A DNA stretch of 64,000 nucleotides from an uncultured Cloacibacterium sp. (GCA_964530915.1 CAZHCK010000001.1:4012-68011), one strand, 5' to 3'; positions 19,029 through 28,785 are shown, numbered from the stretch's first letter. The notes: a model not told the origin generated them from the sequence alone. Translations and numbers: made by a program.

Positions 19029-19204
19029 AAACTGATAAAAAAGTTCCTATATTTGTAACTGTTAAATACTATACTTTTCATCAGTTTAAAAAATAAATAA
19101 AGGCAAAAGGAGTTCCTATTTGACTTTCCACATTTACTCCCCGCTTTTTTATAAATATAGGTAAAAGGAGTTCCTATACATTTTAAAATTTACTCCTCAC
19201 TTAT
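19029..19204 (+). ncRNA. Three tandem stem-loops sharing an (A/G)(A/G)AGU-UCCUA...ACU(U/C)(U/C) motif
   Basis: Hairpins 19029-19087, 19099-19148, 19157-19204; GTTCCTA at 19043, 19112, 19170 (and 18981 in the tRNA-like RNA); outer stems differ in sequence but still pair. Confidence 0.72.
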
Positions 19205-19220
19205 TTTAAATATTTAAACA

Positions 19221-20978
19221 ATGAAAACATTAAAATTATTTTATACAGTTCTCGCAAAAGAATCCGGTGAAAAACCTTTTATTTCTGATGATGGTTTTGT
19301 AATTGACTCAAATGCAATCTGGGCAAAAAAAGAAATCATAAAGTACTTTTCTAAAGAAAAATTAAGCGGAAAAGATCTAAACGCTACCTTTCATAAATCT
19401 TGGAAAACCATAAAATACAGCACTAGAAACCAATTGTTTGTTGAGCAAGTTTTGCATTATATTTCTACATATGGAAGTAATTTTCAAGATGAAATTTATA
19501 TTCCAAATGAAATTTTGAATATTCCTGATGCAAAGCTTTCTTTCAAAGTAATCAAAGGTATTTCTAAAGAAGAAATGATTGAAAAATGCTTGAATTTACT
19601 GAATTCAGGAATCGCACTACAAGAAGAAACAATAGATGATGTATTTTCAATTTTAATAGACGAACTTGATTATAAATTCACTGGAAACGAGAACATTAAG
19701 AATAAGGAAGCCATTGCAAAAATTGCAGATTTATTCCATATCTATCCTGAAAATCCAGTAGAATTTTTCAGATATATCATTTATAAAAGTGCGCAAACTA
19801 CTTTATTAATTAAAAATGATGAAGTGATTTCGGCAATAAAAGAAAGCAAATTCAATCCTTCTCAAGCATTTAAAGATTTTGGATTAGAAAAAATGGCTGA
19901 AATTTTCAACCGATTCAAACCACTTTTTTTGGCTTTCAAAAATAAATGTCCAAAAACCATTAATGCGATTTCAAAATTATCAAAAAAACATCATAAACCT
20001 TTGGTTTCTAATCCATTGAACGATGCTACCAATCAAATTCTTACCGAAAATGATTTGCATTGGTTAGAAAACGCAACTCCATTTGCTTTGTTCAAGGCTT
20101 TATCTGCTTGTTATAATAGAATGAACGGTCAAGATACATTTGCCTACAGAATTAGAAACGGAAAATCTTGGGTACAAAAAGATGTGGTGAAAAATGTAAA
20201 TAAAAAAAATTACGATTTTATTCTACAATTTCTAAAATCTAAATTCGATTTTACAAATCTGAAAATTTACATTCCAGAAGAGGTGAAATATGCATTGCCT
20301 ACTTCCGAAAAAATGTTTGTAGGAAATATCCCAACAGGAAGCAGATTTTATGGCAAAAAATTAGCAATTGGTATTTATTGGGAAGATTCTTGGGGAGCAC
20401 ATGATTTGGATTTATCGGGTCTAAATATTGGTGGGAAAATTGGCTGGAATTCATCCTACAAGCAAGATGAAGGAAACTTAATGTATTCTGGTGATATGAC
20501 TTCGGCTCCAAATGGTGCAGTAGAATATTTGTATGCAAATAAAGGTTTGAACTACCCGACTTTAATTTTAAATAGTATTTACAGTGGAGATTCAAACTGT
20601 GATTACAAAATTATTGTAGGTAAAGGCGAAAAAATTTCTAAAGAATATATGATGAATCCTAATGCAGTTTTTGCTGAAATAAAATGCAAATCCGTGCAAA
20701 GACAAACCGTTCTTGGAATGCTTTTGCCAAAAAACGACAAACAATGTTTTGTTTTGTTGAATTTCGGAGCAGGACAATCCCGAGTTTCTGGAACCAGCAA
20801 ACTTTCTACTTTGGCTACCACTGCTTTGTATCAACAGTGGAACAGACCTCTCACTTTTAATAAATTAGTAAGTGAATTGGGAGCTCATTTGGTTTACTAT
20901 AAAGATGGAGTAGATTATGATTTTTCTTTAGAAAATTTAGAAAAAGATAGTTTTATAAAGCTGTTCCAAAGAAACTAA
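19221..20978 (+). CDS. Large hypothetical protein: helical N-terminal region plus C-terminal TerD-like domain (possible Ro/TROVE-related protein)
   Basis: N-terminal NATFHKSW...EQVLHYISTYG; C-terminal IGIYW...HDLDLS and YSGDMTSAP..AVEY resemble TerD-family motifs. The TROVE relationship is inference. Confidence 0.7.
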   Translation: MKTLKLFYTVLAKESGEKPFISDDGFVIDSNAIWAKKEIIKYFSKEKLSGKDLNATFHKSWKTIKYSTRNQLFVEQVLHYISTYGSNFQDEIYIPNEILNIPDAKLSFKVIKGISKEEMIEKCLNLLNSGIALQEETIDDVFSILIDELDYKFTGNENIKNKEAIAKIADLFHIYPENPVEFFRYIIYKSAQTTLLIKNDEVISAIKESKFNPSQAFKDFGLEKMAEIFNRFKPLFLAFKNKCPKTINAISKLSKKHHKPLVSNPLNDATNQILTENDLHWLENATPFALFKALSACYNRMNGQDTFAYRIRNGKSWVQKDVVKNVNKKNYDFILQFLKSKFDFTNLKIYIPEEVKYALPTSEKMFVGNIPTGSRFYGKKLAIGIYWEDSWGAHDLDLSGLNIGGKIGWNSSYKQDEGNLMYSGDMTSAPNGAVEYLYANKGLNYPTLILNSIYSGDSNCDYKIIVGKGEKISKEYMMNPNAVFAEIKCKSVQRQTVLGMLLPKNDKQCFVLLNFGAGQSRVSGTSKLSTLATTALYQQWNRPLTFNKLVSELGAHLVYYKDGVDYDFSLENLEKDSFIKLFQRN

Positions 20979-21069
20979 TAAAAACACGAAAAACATCTAC
21001 AACAAAGGCAAACTCAGAGGTTTTGAATATGGGAAAATAACGCCATATTTGAAGAAATTGGGCAATAAA

Positions 21070-21095
21070 AAACTCCCGAATTAATTCGGGAGTTT
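21070..21095. terminator. Bidirectional terminator between the islet and pnp
   Basis: aaactcccgaattaattcgggagttt perfect palindrome between convergent genes. Confidence 0.8.
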
Positions 21096-21101
21096 CTATT
21101 T

Positions 21102-23288
21102 TTATGCTTGTTCTGTTGGTTGTTCTCCTTCTGGTTTTGGAGCGTCTCCTTCAGTTCTTGGCTTTTGTTCTGGTCTTGGTGGTCTTGGTAAAAGAACTTT
21201 TCTCGAAAGTCTCATTTTCTTACGATCATCATAACCCATAAATTTCACTTCTACTTCATCACCTTCTGCATACGGAACTTTATCTAATCTCTTCCATTCG
21301 ATTTCTGAGATGTGTAGTAAACCTTCGGTTCCTTTAGCAATCGCTACGAAAGCACCGAAATCCATTACTTTTACTACTTTACCTTTATAAACAGTACCTA
21401 CAACTGGTACGAAAGTAATTTCGTTAATTCTAGCAATTGCAGCATTGATTTTCTCGCGGTCAGTTCCAGAGATTTCAATTCTACCAATTTCGCCCATTTC
21501 TTCAATAGAGATTACAGTATCCGTATCTTTTTGAAGCTGTTGGATAATTTTACCACCAGGTCCAATTACAGCACCTATGAAATCTTTAGAAATTTCTAAA
21601 ATTTCCATTTTCGGAGCGTGAGGTTTCACATCTGCTCTTGGTTTATCGATGGTTTTAAGGATTTCTCCTAAAATATGTAATCTACCTTCTTTTGCTTGAT
21701 TTAGTGCAGTTTCCATGATATCCATTGTCAAACCTTGAATTTTAATATCCATTTGACAAGCGGTAATTCCATCTGCAGAACCTGTTACTTTGAAGTCCAT
21801 ATCACCCAAGTGATCTTCGTCTCCTAAAATATCAGAAAGTACGGTGAATTTACCAGATTTAGGGTCAGTAATTAATCCCATTGCAATACCAGAAACTGGT
21901 TTTGTAATTTGTACACCAGCATCCATCAATGCAAGAGTTCCTGCACAAACAGTAGCCATAGAAGAAGAACCGTTAGATTCTAAAATATCTGAAACTACTC
22001 TGATGGTATAAGGATTTTCGTGAGGAATCATTCCTGCTAAAGCTCTTTGAGCTAAGTTTCCGTGACCAACTTCTCTTCTTGAAGTTCCTCTTAGAGGTCT
22101 TGCTTCACCAGTTGAGAATGGTGGGAAATTATAGTGTAGGAAGAATTTTTCGTCATAATTGATGGCAACAGAATCTACCATGTTGGCATCTTTCACTGAA
22201 CCTAAAGTTACCGCTGTAAGAGACTGAGTTTCACCTCTGGTAAAGATTGCAGAACCGTGAGCTCCTGGTAAATAATCGATTTCTGACCAAATCGGACGAA
22301 TCGTTTTAGGATCTCTACCATCTAATCTGATTCCTTCGTTTAGAATCATTTGACGCATTGCTTCTTTTTCTACATCGTGGTAGTAAATTTTAGCAAATGG
22401 TTCTACGTCTGCTCTTTCTTCTTCTGAATATTGAGAAAGGAATTCTTCTAAAACGGCAGCAAATTTTTCGTGTCTTTCTTCTTTCGCAGAAGGAGTTTTT
22501 GCTACGTTGTAAACTTTATCATAACATTCTGCCCAAACTTTCTCACGAATTTCTTCGTTGTGCGTTTCGTGGCAGTATTCTCTTTTGGTTTGAGATGCAG
22601 GAATTCTCGCTGCTAATCTTTCTTGTGCTTCGATTTGAACTTTAATTTCTTCGTGAGCGTATTTAATCGCTTCTAGCATTTCTGCTTCCGAAATTTCTTT
22701 CATTTCACCTTCTACCATTACGATAGAATCTTTGGTAGCACCTACCATGATATCTAAATCTGCTTTTTTAAGATTTTCGATACTTGGGTTGATAGAAAGT
22801 TCACCATCAATTCTTACTACTCTTACTTCAGACATTGGTCCGTTAAAAGGAATATCTGTAATTGCAATTGCAGCTGAAGCGGCTAAACCAGCTAAAGCTT
22901 CTGGCATTACTTCTTTGTCGTAAGAAATTAGGGAAATCATTACTTGAACTTCTGCGTGGAAATCTTCTGGGAAAAGCGGACGAAGTACTCTGTCTACTAA
23001 TCTCATGGTAAGAACCTCATCATCAGAAGGTTTAGTTTCTCTTCTAAAGAAATTTCCTGGGATTTTACCACCCGCATAGAATTTTTCTCTGTAATCTACT
23101 GTAAGAGGTAAGAAATCTACCCCTGGATTTGCGTCTTTGTTGGCTACAACTGTTGCAAGGAGCATCGTTCCGCCACATTTTACTACTACAGAACCATTAG
23201 CTTGTTTCGCTAATCTTCCTGTTTCAATGGAGACTTCTCTCCCGTCTTTCAATTGAAATTTTTCAATAATTGCTTCTGGAGCATTCAT
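21102..23288 (-). CDS. pnp: Polyribonucleotide nucleotidyltransferase (PNPase)
   Basis: [48 protein letters not shown] (VIGPGGK) and S1 domains. Confidence 0.97.
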   Translation of the reverse strand: MNAPEAIIEKFQLKDGREVSIETGRLAKQANGSVVVKCGGTMLLATVVANKDANPGVDFLPLTVDYREKFYAGGKIPGNFFRRETKPSDDEVLTMRLVDRVLRPLFPEDFHAEVQVMISLISYDKEVMPEALAGLAASAAIAITDIPFNGPMSEVRVVRIDGELSINPSIENLKKADLDIMVGATKDSIVMVEGEMKEISEAEMLEAIKYAHEEIKVQIEAQERLAARIPASQTKREYCHETHNEEIREKVWAECYDKVYNVAKTPSAKEERHEKFAAVLEEFLSQYSEEERADVEPFAKIYYHDVEKEAMRQMILNEGIRLDGRDPKTIRPIWSEIDYLPGAHGSAIFTRGETQSLTAVTLGSVKDANMVDSVAINYDEKFFLHYNFPPFSTGEARPLRGTSRREVGHGNLAQRALAGMIPHENPYTIRVVSDILESNGSSSMATVCAGTLALMDAGVQITKPVSGIAMGLITDPKSGKFTVLSDILGDEDHLGDMDFKVTGSADGITACQMDIKIQGLTMDIMETALNQAKEGRLHILGEILKTIDKPRADVKPHAPKMEILEISKDFIGAVIGPGGKIIQQLQKDTDTVISIEEMGEIGRIEISGTDREKINAAIARINEITFVPVVGTVYKGKVVKVMDFGAFVAIAKGTEGLLHISEIEWKRLDKVPYAEGDEVEVKFMGYDDRKKMRLSRKVLLPRPPRPEQKPRTEGDAPKPEGEQPTEQA

Positions 23289-23385
23289 AAAATTTACTGT
23301 CTTGTGCAATCCGTATTGATTGCGTTATTATTTAAACTCTTTAAATTTTCGATGGCAAAGATACGGAATTTAAAAAAGTTATAAC

Positions 23386-23411
23386 AAAAAAGCAACTCAA
23401 AATTGAGTTGC
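23386..23411. repeat. 26-bp direct repeat (terminator hairpin), copy 1
   Basis: aaaaaagcaactcaaaattgagttgc, identical to 23964-23989. Confidence 0.9.
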
Positions 23412-23414
23412 GTA

Positions 23415-23702
23415 TTACATTTTCTCTTCTGGATTTCTACTGGTATGAAAAATGGAATAAATAATTATTTCCTCATCATGAATTTCAAATAGTATTACAA
23501 AAGGAAATTTTATGATGTACGCTTCTCTTATATTATTAAATCTACATGAAAAATGTTTTGGGTTTTGCTCTATTTTTTCAAAATATTTCTGAAGAACAAT
23601 GAGAAATTTCTTCCCTAAATCTTTAGATTTAGATTCATAATATTCATAAGCATCTTCCATTTCAAAAACTGCTTTATCCCTGAATATTAATTTATATTTC
23701 AT
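23415..23702 (-). CDS. RelE/ParE family type II toxin
   Basis: A..EMEDAYEYYE...LGKKF...IEQNPK.F...REAYIIKFPFVILF..I.IYSIFHTSRNP. Confidence 0.85.
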   Translation of the reverse strand: MKYKLIFRDKAVFEMEDAYEYYESKSKDLGKKFLIVLQKYFEKIEQNPKHFSCRFNNIREAYIIKFPFVILFEIHDEEIIIYSIFHTSRNPEEKM

Positions 23703-23706
23703 GAGA

Positions 23707-23934
23707 TTATTTGGTTTTCTCTTGGATTCGTTTTTTTACTTCGTCATAACTAAAGTATTTTCCTTCTCCGCTTAAATATTCCGCCCTTCTTTCTGCCACA
23801 ATATTGTATTGCTCTTGAGAAATATAGCCTTGTTCCTCGTTTTTGAAAGCTTCTCTCACCTTTTTTAAAACAGATTCACTTTCTGTCTGTAAAAGCAATT
23901 TCATGAGTTCTAATTTTTCTAAACGAATATCCAT
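23707..23934 (-). CDS. Antitoxin (addiction module component)
   Basis: 75 aa directly upstream of the toxin; C-terminal ISQEQ..VAERR.EY..GE....SYDEVKKRI pattern; own TATATTTG promoter just upstream. Confidence 0.8.
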   Translation of the reverse strand: MDIRLEKLELMKLLLQTESESVLKKVREAFKNEEQGYISQEQYNIVAERRAEYLSGEGKYFSYDEVKKRIQEKTK

Positions 23935-23963
23935 TTCTTATAATTTAATATTCAAATATAAAT

Positions 23964-23989
23964 AAAAAAGCAACTCAAAATTGAGTTGC
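23964..23989. repeat. 26-bp direct repeat (rpsO terminator hairpin), copy 2
   Basis: Identical to 23386-23411. Confidence 0.9.
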
Positions 23990-24013
23990 TTTAGATTTTT
24001 TTCTTGAATCTGA

Positions 24014-24283
24014 TTATTTTCTAATACCAAGTTCAGCAATGATAGCTCTGTATCTATTGATGTCTTTGTTTTTAAGATAATCTAACAATCTTTTTCTTTT
24101 ACCTACTAATTTAACTAGAGATTTCTCAGTAGCATAATCTTTGTGGTTTTTCTTTAAGTGACCAGACAAATGGTTAATTCTGAATGTGAATAAAGCGATT
24201 TGTCCTTCTGCAGAACCAGTGTTTGCAGCGTTTCCTCCGTGTTTAGCGAAGATTTCTGATTTTTTTTCTGATGTTAAGTACAT
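24014..24283 (-). CDS. rpsO: 30S ribosomal protein S15
   Basis: NTGSAEGQIALFT..INHL..HL..N.KD...SL.KLVGKRKRLLDYL. Confidence 0.97.
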   Translation of the reverse strand: MYLTSEKKSEIFAKHGGNAANTGSAEGQIALFTFRINHLSGHLKKNHKDYATEKSLVKLVGKRKRLLDYLKNKDINRYRAIIAELGIRK

Positions 24284-24456
24284 GCCAATATTATTTAATG
24301 ATTATTATGTAACGAAGTGCAAAAGTACAACTTTATTTTCAAACCGAAAAATTTATTCTCAGATTCTAGAGACATTCACTTAATAATGTTAACAAATCCT
24401 TAAATTTTATAAATAACTTACTGAAATTCTGCGTAAATTTGCATCATCTTTTTGAT

Positions 24457-25032
24457 ATGAAAAAAATTCTATTCTATGGTTTAGCGGCAAGCCTTATCAT
24501 CATAAGTTGCAAAAATTTAGGAAGCACCTTGGTGAAGCTTAACCATTCTATTAAGCTAAAACACGTAGATAGAATTGTCTATTTCGACCCAGAAGTTTAT
24601 CCTGATTTCGAAGGAATAAAAGAACCTACCCACAATGTGATTTACAGTGCTGTTTCTGATGAACTGAATAATTACGGCAATTACAAAATCATGCACATCA
24701 ATAATGCTAATATTAAATATGACAGCGTAGATGTGAATATGATTAAAGAATCTTGTCTAAATAACGGTGCAGAAATCGCCTTGGTTCCGAAGGTAAAATA
24801 TTTTAAAGTTGGCCTTGGAAAATATGTTTTTTCTAACCAAGTCATCGTGAGCATGAAAATGTATAATAATGACGGCGAACTGGTGATAGAAAACTCTTAC
24901 GATACTTATAAAGGAAGCGGCAGATTATTGGGCAGCGCAGAAAATTCTATAAAAATAGGCACCGCAAATGTCATCAAAAACATGATTACTGAATTAAAAA
25001 GCAGGAATATGACTACTCCTGCTTCTGAATAA
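24457..25032 (+). CDS. Hypothetical lipoprotein
   Basis: MKKILFYGLAASLIIISC lipobox; TAAATTTG promoter at 24434-24441. Confidence 0.75.
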   Translation: MKKILFYGLAASLIIISCKNLGSTLVKLNHSIKLKHVDRIVYFDPEVYPDFEGIKEPTHNVIYSAVSDELNNYGNYKIMHINNANIKYDSVDVNMIKESCLNNGAEIALVPKVKYFKVGLGKYVFSNQVIVSMKMYNNDGELVIENSYDTYKGSGRLLGSAENSIKIGTANVIKNMITELKSRNMTTPASE

Positions 25033-25050
25033 TTTTCTATTTATAGAATT

Positions 25051-25497
25051 TTATAAAATCTTTGCCAATTCAGCACATAACCATTCTAGCAATTCTCTAT
25101 CCTCATCTGTAAAAGGGTCTTTTTTGTGAGAATCTATATCTATTTGACCAATATTTACACCATCTTTAATAATAGGAACTACAATTTCGGCTTTGGTTTC
25201 TAGCGAACAAGCCAAATAATTATCTTGCTCCCAAACATCTGGCACTACAAAAGTCTCATTTGATACCGCAACTTGTCCACAAATTCCCTTTCCAAAAGGA
25301 ATCACAGTGTGATCTGTAGCTGCACCAACATAAGGCCCTAAAATCAATTCTTCTTTATCTCCATTTTTAAAATAAAAACCAGTCCAATTAAAATAATCAA
25401 ACTCCTGATCTAGAAGATGACAAATTTTCTCTAATTTCTCGGTGGTATTGTGACTTGGGCTTTCAATAATAGATGAAAGTCTTTTTTTAATTTCCAT
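25051..25497 (-). CDS. GAF domain protein (free methionine-R-sulfoxide reductase MsrC-like)
   Basis: NWTGFY, LGPYVG, GKGICG, VPDV, YLACS, EIVVP, GQIDIDS. Confidence 0.85.
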   Translation of the reverse strand: MEIKKRLSSIIESPSHNTTEKLEKICHLLDQEFDYFNWTGFYFKNGDKEELILGPYVGAATDHTVIPFGKGICGQVAVSNETFVVPDVWEQDNYLACSLETKAEIVVPIIKDGVNIGQIDIDSHKKDPFTDEDRELLEWLCAELAKIL

Positions 25498-25510
25498 AAT
25501 TTTTAAATTT

Positions 25511-26944
25511 TTAATATTCTTCGAATGTAATATCTTCTTTGTAACCGAACATTCCTCTTTCTTTAATCATTGCTGCTACACCATCTGGCAATTGTTCTTC
25601 CCAGCCTGATTCGCTATTCGAAATTTTCTGCAAAATTTCTCTAGAATAAATTTCAGAATGCTCTGGATTATAATCCTTGATATCTACAATTCTTCTGTTA
25701 TGTTTAAAATATTTATACAACTCTTTAAGATTGTCATTCACTTTCAAGTTTTCTGATGTGAGCAATTCGTGTGTTTTAGGATCTTTATAAGGATACAGAT
25801 ATACTCTCATATCTTTTTTAAAGAACTTACCGAATGCTTCTAAGATTCCACCAGAAAGATGTTTGTAATAATCTTCATCAAAAACCATCAGTAAATTATT
25901 TACGCCCATTGCAATTCCGGTATACCTTACATTATAAGAAGTGAAATAATCTACTAATCTATAATATTCTGAGAAATTAGAAATCATTACGGTATAACCC
26001 AATTTCGCCAAAACGTCTACTCTATCTAAGAAATCTCTTTCGTCTAAGTTCCCAGAAGCTTTGAGATTAGAAACGGTAATTTCGAAAAGAATAACGGTAT
26101 CTTCTGGTTTTCCTTCTGTTTCATTGAGAAACATTTTAAGACCGTTCTCGAACATGTCTACATTCACCAAAGTTACAGGTCTGAAACTTCCTCTTACCGC
26201 AAAAACATCTTTTTTGTATAATAAATCTGCTGGAAGCATGTTTTTCCCTTCAGAATTGAAGATTACCGCTTCCGTCATAGAATTTTTAATCAACTGAAGA
26301 CTCATCAATCGATTATCCACATAAGGAAAAGCAGGGCCTTGAAAATCAATCATGTCTATTTCAATTTTATCCACCGAAATATCATCATACAAACTTTTGA
26401 TTAATCTTCTAGGATTGTCATACAAATGAAATGCTCCATAAACCAAGTTTACGCCAAGATTTCCTAGCGTTTCTTGCTGAAGCGTAGCATCATTTTCTTT
26501 AAATTTTACATGCAATACAATTTCGCTGTACTCTTGACCAGGTTGCGCCTGAAACATAATTCCTACCCAACCGTGACCTAAAAAGGTTTTTTGGTAATTA
26601 ATAGTAGTAACTGTATTTGCAAAAGAGAAGAATTTACGATGTGCATTTTCTTCCTTATCTAAACGCTCTTGAATAAGACCTACTTCATGACGAAGCATTT
26701 TTTTCAGTCTGTTCTGAGTTACGTATCTATTTTTGTCTTCTTTACCATAAATAGCATCACTGTAATCCTTATCATAAGCAGACATTGCTTTTGCAATCGT
26801 TTGAGAAGCAGCTCCCGCTCTAAAGAAATGACGAACCGTCTCTTGTCCTGCACCAATTTCTGCAAAAGTACCATATATATTAGGATCTAAATTGATAGCT
26901 AAAGCCTTTTGCTTGGGAGTAAGATATTGCTTAATTACAGACAT
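25511..26944 (-). CDS. Conserved Bacteroidetes protein, nicotinate-nucleotide adenylyltransferase-like
   Basis: TFAEIGAGQE N-terminal region; GSFRPVT nucleotidyltransferase-like motif. Start at MSVIKQ. Confidence 0.65.
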   Translation of the reverse strand: MSVIKQYLTPKQKALAINLDPNIYGTFAEIGAGQETVRHFFRAGAASQTIAKAMSAYDKDYSDAIYGKEDKNRYVTQNRLKKMLRHEVGLIQERLDKEENAHRKFFSFANTVTTINYQKTFLGHGWVGIMFQAQPGQEYSEIVLHVKFKENDATLQQETLGNLGVNLVYGAFHLYDNPRRLIKSLYDDISVDKIEIDMIDFQGPAFPYVDNRLMSLQLIKNSMTEAVIFNSEGKNMLPADLLYKKDVFAVRGSFRPVTLVNVDMFENGLKMFLNETEGKPEDTVILFEITVSNLKASGNLDERDFLDRVDVLAKLGYTVMISNFSEYYRLVDYFTSYNVRYTGIAMGVNNLLMVFDEDYYKHLSGGILEAFGKFFKKDMRVYLYPYKDPKTHELLTSENLKVNDNLKELYKYFKHNRRIVDIKDYNPEHSEIYSREILQKISNSESGWEEQLPDGVAAMIKERGMFGYKEDITFEEY

Positions 26945-26991
26945 GAATAAAATTTTGCGTAAATTTACCAAAATCTCACAAAAACCCAAAA

Positions 26992-27756
26992 ATGAAGTTG
27001 AAATTTCTAGGAACTGGTACTTCACAAGGCATTCCCGTGATTGGATCTACTCATCCTGTTTGTTTATCTACGAATCCTAAAGACAAAAGACTAAGGTCAT
27101 CTGTCATGATTACGGATGATGAAAAAAAGATTCTTATTGATTGTGGTCCAGATTTTCGTCAACAAATGCTCACCAACCAAGAAAGCAATGTAGACGCCTT
27201 ATTAATTACGCATGAACATAATGACCATGTTATTGGTTTAGATGATTTACGCCCCATTATTTTCCAAAAAAGAAAAGATATTTCTATTTATTGCTTGCCA
27301 AGAGTAGGAAAAGAGATTCAAAATAGGTTTCCGTATGCTTTTACAGAAGATAAATATCCAGGCGCTCCGAGTTTTGAAATCACAGAAATAGGAAACGAAC
27401 CATTTATTATAGAAAACACAGAAATTATACCTATTCAAGTGATACATTATAAACTCCCGATTTTAGGTTATAAGTTCAAAAACCTCGCTTATATTACTGA
27501 TGCAAGTTTCATTTCCGAAGAAGAGCAAGAAAAATTAAAAAATTTAGACGTTCTTATTATTAACTGTTTAAGAAAAGATGAACCACATGTTGCACATTAT
27601 ATATTACCAGAAATTCTAGAATTGGTAGAAAAACTACAACCCAAAACTACATACCTTACTCATATTAGCAATAGATTTGGTTTCCATGATGAGATAGAAG
27701 CGATGACACCCGCGAATGTTCATCCTGCGTATGATGGACTAGAAATAGAGTTTTAA
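26992..27756 (+). CDS. MBL-fold metallo-hydrolase (PhnP-like)
   Basis: FLGTGTSQGIP, LIDCGPDFRQQ, THEHNDH, AYITD, LTHIS. Confidence 0.9.
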   Translation: MKLKFLGTGTSQGIPVIGSTHPVCLSTNPKDKRLRSSVMITDDEKKILIDCGPDFRQQMLTNQESNVDALLITHEHNDHVIGLDDLRPIIFQKRKDISIYCLPRVGKEIQNRFPYAFTEDKYPGAPSFEITEIGNEPFIIENTEIIPIQVIHYKLPILGYKFKNLAYITDASFISEEEQEKLKNLDVLIINCLRKDEPHVAHYILPEILELVEKLQPKTTYLTHISNRFGFHDEIEAMTPANVHPAYDGLEIEF

Positions 27757-27826
27757 GAAAATATTTTCTTAAAATTTTCTTTTTTTACATTAAAATTATT
27801 TTATATTTGCACCACCAATTTTTAAT

Positions 27827-27908
27827 GCCCAGTTGGCGGAATTGGTAGACGCGCTAGACTCAAACTCTAGTATCGAAAGATGTGCCGGTTCGATTCCGGC
27901 ACTGGGTA
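27827..27908 (+). tRNA. tRNA-Leu (CAA)
   Basis: Acceptor GCCCAGU/ACUGGGU, anticodon stem CUAGA/UCUAG with loop CUCAAAC, long variable arm, GGUUCGAUUCC T loop; TATATTTG promoter upstream; terminator 27910-27946. Confidence 0.95.
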
Positions 27909-28098
27909 CAAAAAGAGAACTCTTTAACAGAGTTCTCTTTTTTTTTGGTAATAATTCATTATTTATTGGCAATTTTCAAATAATCCTTAAAGGTCCTTTA
28001 GTTTCTTTATAAATTTAACATTCAACAATCCTTAATAGTATGACAACAATCAGTTTTACAGCTAATTTTATTATGAATTTCATAAGAATATTAGCCAA

Positions 28099-28112
28099 TT
28101 GACAAATATCAT
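28099..28112. promoter_or_regulatory. FNR/CRP-like box
   Basis: TTGAC-AAAT-ATCAT; related boxes at 28040-28053, 30143-30156, 13768-13781, 50526-50539, 52562-52575. Confidence 0.45.
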
Positions 28113-28214
28113 ATAAATATTTTAGAAAATTTTAGGAATTATTTAAAATTTAAACATACCTTTGTCATGTAAAAATTCAATAATTCATAAATAAAATTAT
28201 AAAAAATAAAAAAT

Positions 28215-28751
28215 ATGAAAAATTTAGCTAAAACAATTAATCGCGTTTTTATCTTACTTTCCCTTTTAACAGTAGCTGTATTTTATGCACAAAGCATTAC
28301 TGGAAAATCTTTTAAAGTTGCGGTAAACGGAACTTCTCCAATGCACGATTGGACAATGACTTCTACATCTGCAGTATTCACTGGTACTGTAAATGGTAAT
28401 GCTATTACTAATGTAAAATTTGTAATGGCTAGCAAAAACCTAAAAAGTGAAAAAGGTAAAATGATGGACAACAAAGCTTACAAAGCTTTAAAAGCAGACG
28501 CAAATCCTAACATTACTTTCACTGCTGCTTCTCTACCTGTAGGAAAAAGCAACGTAGCGGGTAAATTAACAATCGCAGGTGTTACTAGAAATGTTAACAT
28601 TACTGTAAACGTAGAGAAAAATGGTAATTCTTATAAAATTACTGGGTCTGAAAGCTTAAAAATGTCTGAATACGGTATGGAAACTCCAGGTTTCTTAGGT
28701 GTAACTACAGGTGACGCTGTTACAGTAAACGTAAATATCGTAGCGAACTAA
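28215..28751 (+). CDS. YceI family protein
   Basis: Signal peptide; GTSPMHDW, MDNKAYKALKA...PNITF, GKLTIAG, LKMSEYG. Confidence 0.8.
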   Translation: MKNLAKTINRVFILLSLLTVAVFYAQSITGKSFKVAVNGTSPMHDWTMTSTSAVFTGTVNGNAITNVKFVMASKNLKSEKGKMMDNKAYKALKADANPNITFTAASLPVGKSNVAGKLTIAGVTRNVNITVNVEKNGNSYKITGSESLKMSEYGMETPGFLGVTTGDAVTVNVNIVAN

Positions 28752-28785
28752 TAATAAATATGAATAACAATTAAATAAAAAAAGT

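Noticed and set aside
18976-19204. CRISPR array (repeat AAAG(G)AGTTCCTA every 58-69 nt)
   Set aside because: The repeat is only 8-14 nt, the units are hairpins whose arms enclose the variable part, there are four units and no cas genes.
20995-21084. Coding-like fragment (NKGKLRGFEYGKITPYLKKLGN) after the TerD-like gene
   Set aside because: No start codon and no recognisable family; too short to call a pseudogene.
27827-27946. tRNA-Leu as an integration site for an island
   Set aside because: No duplicated tRNA 3' end or integrase was seen in the window; a normal terminator follows directly.
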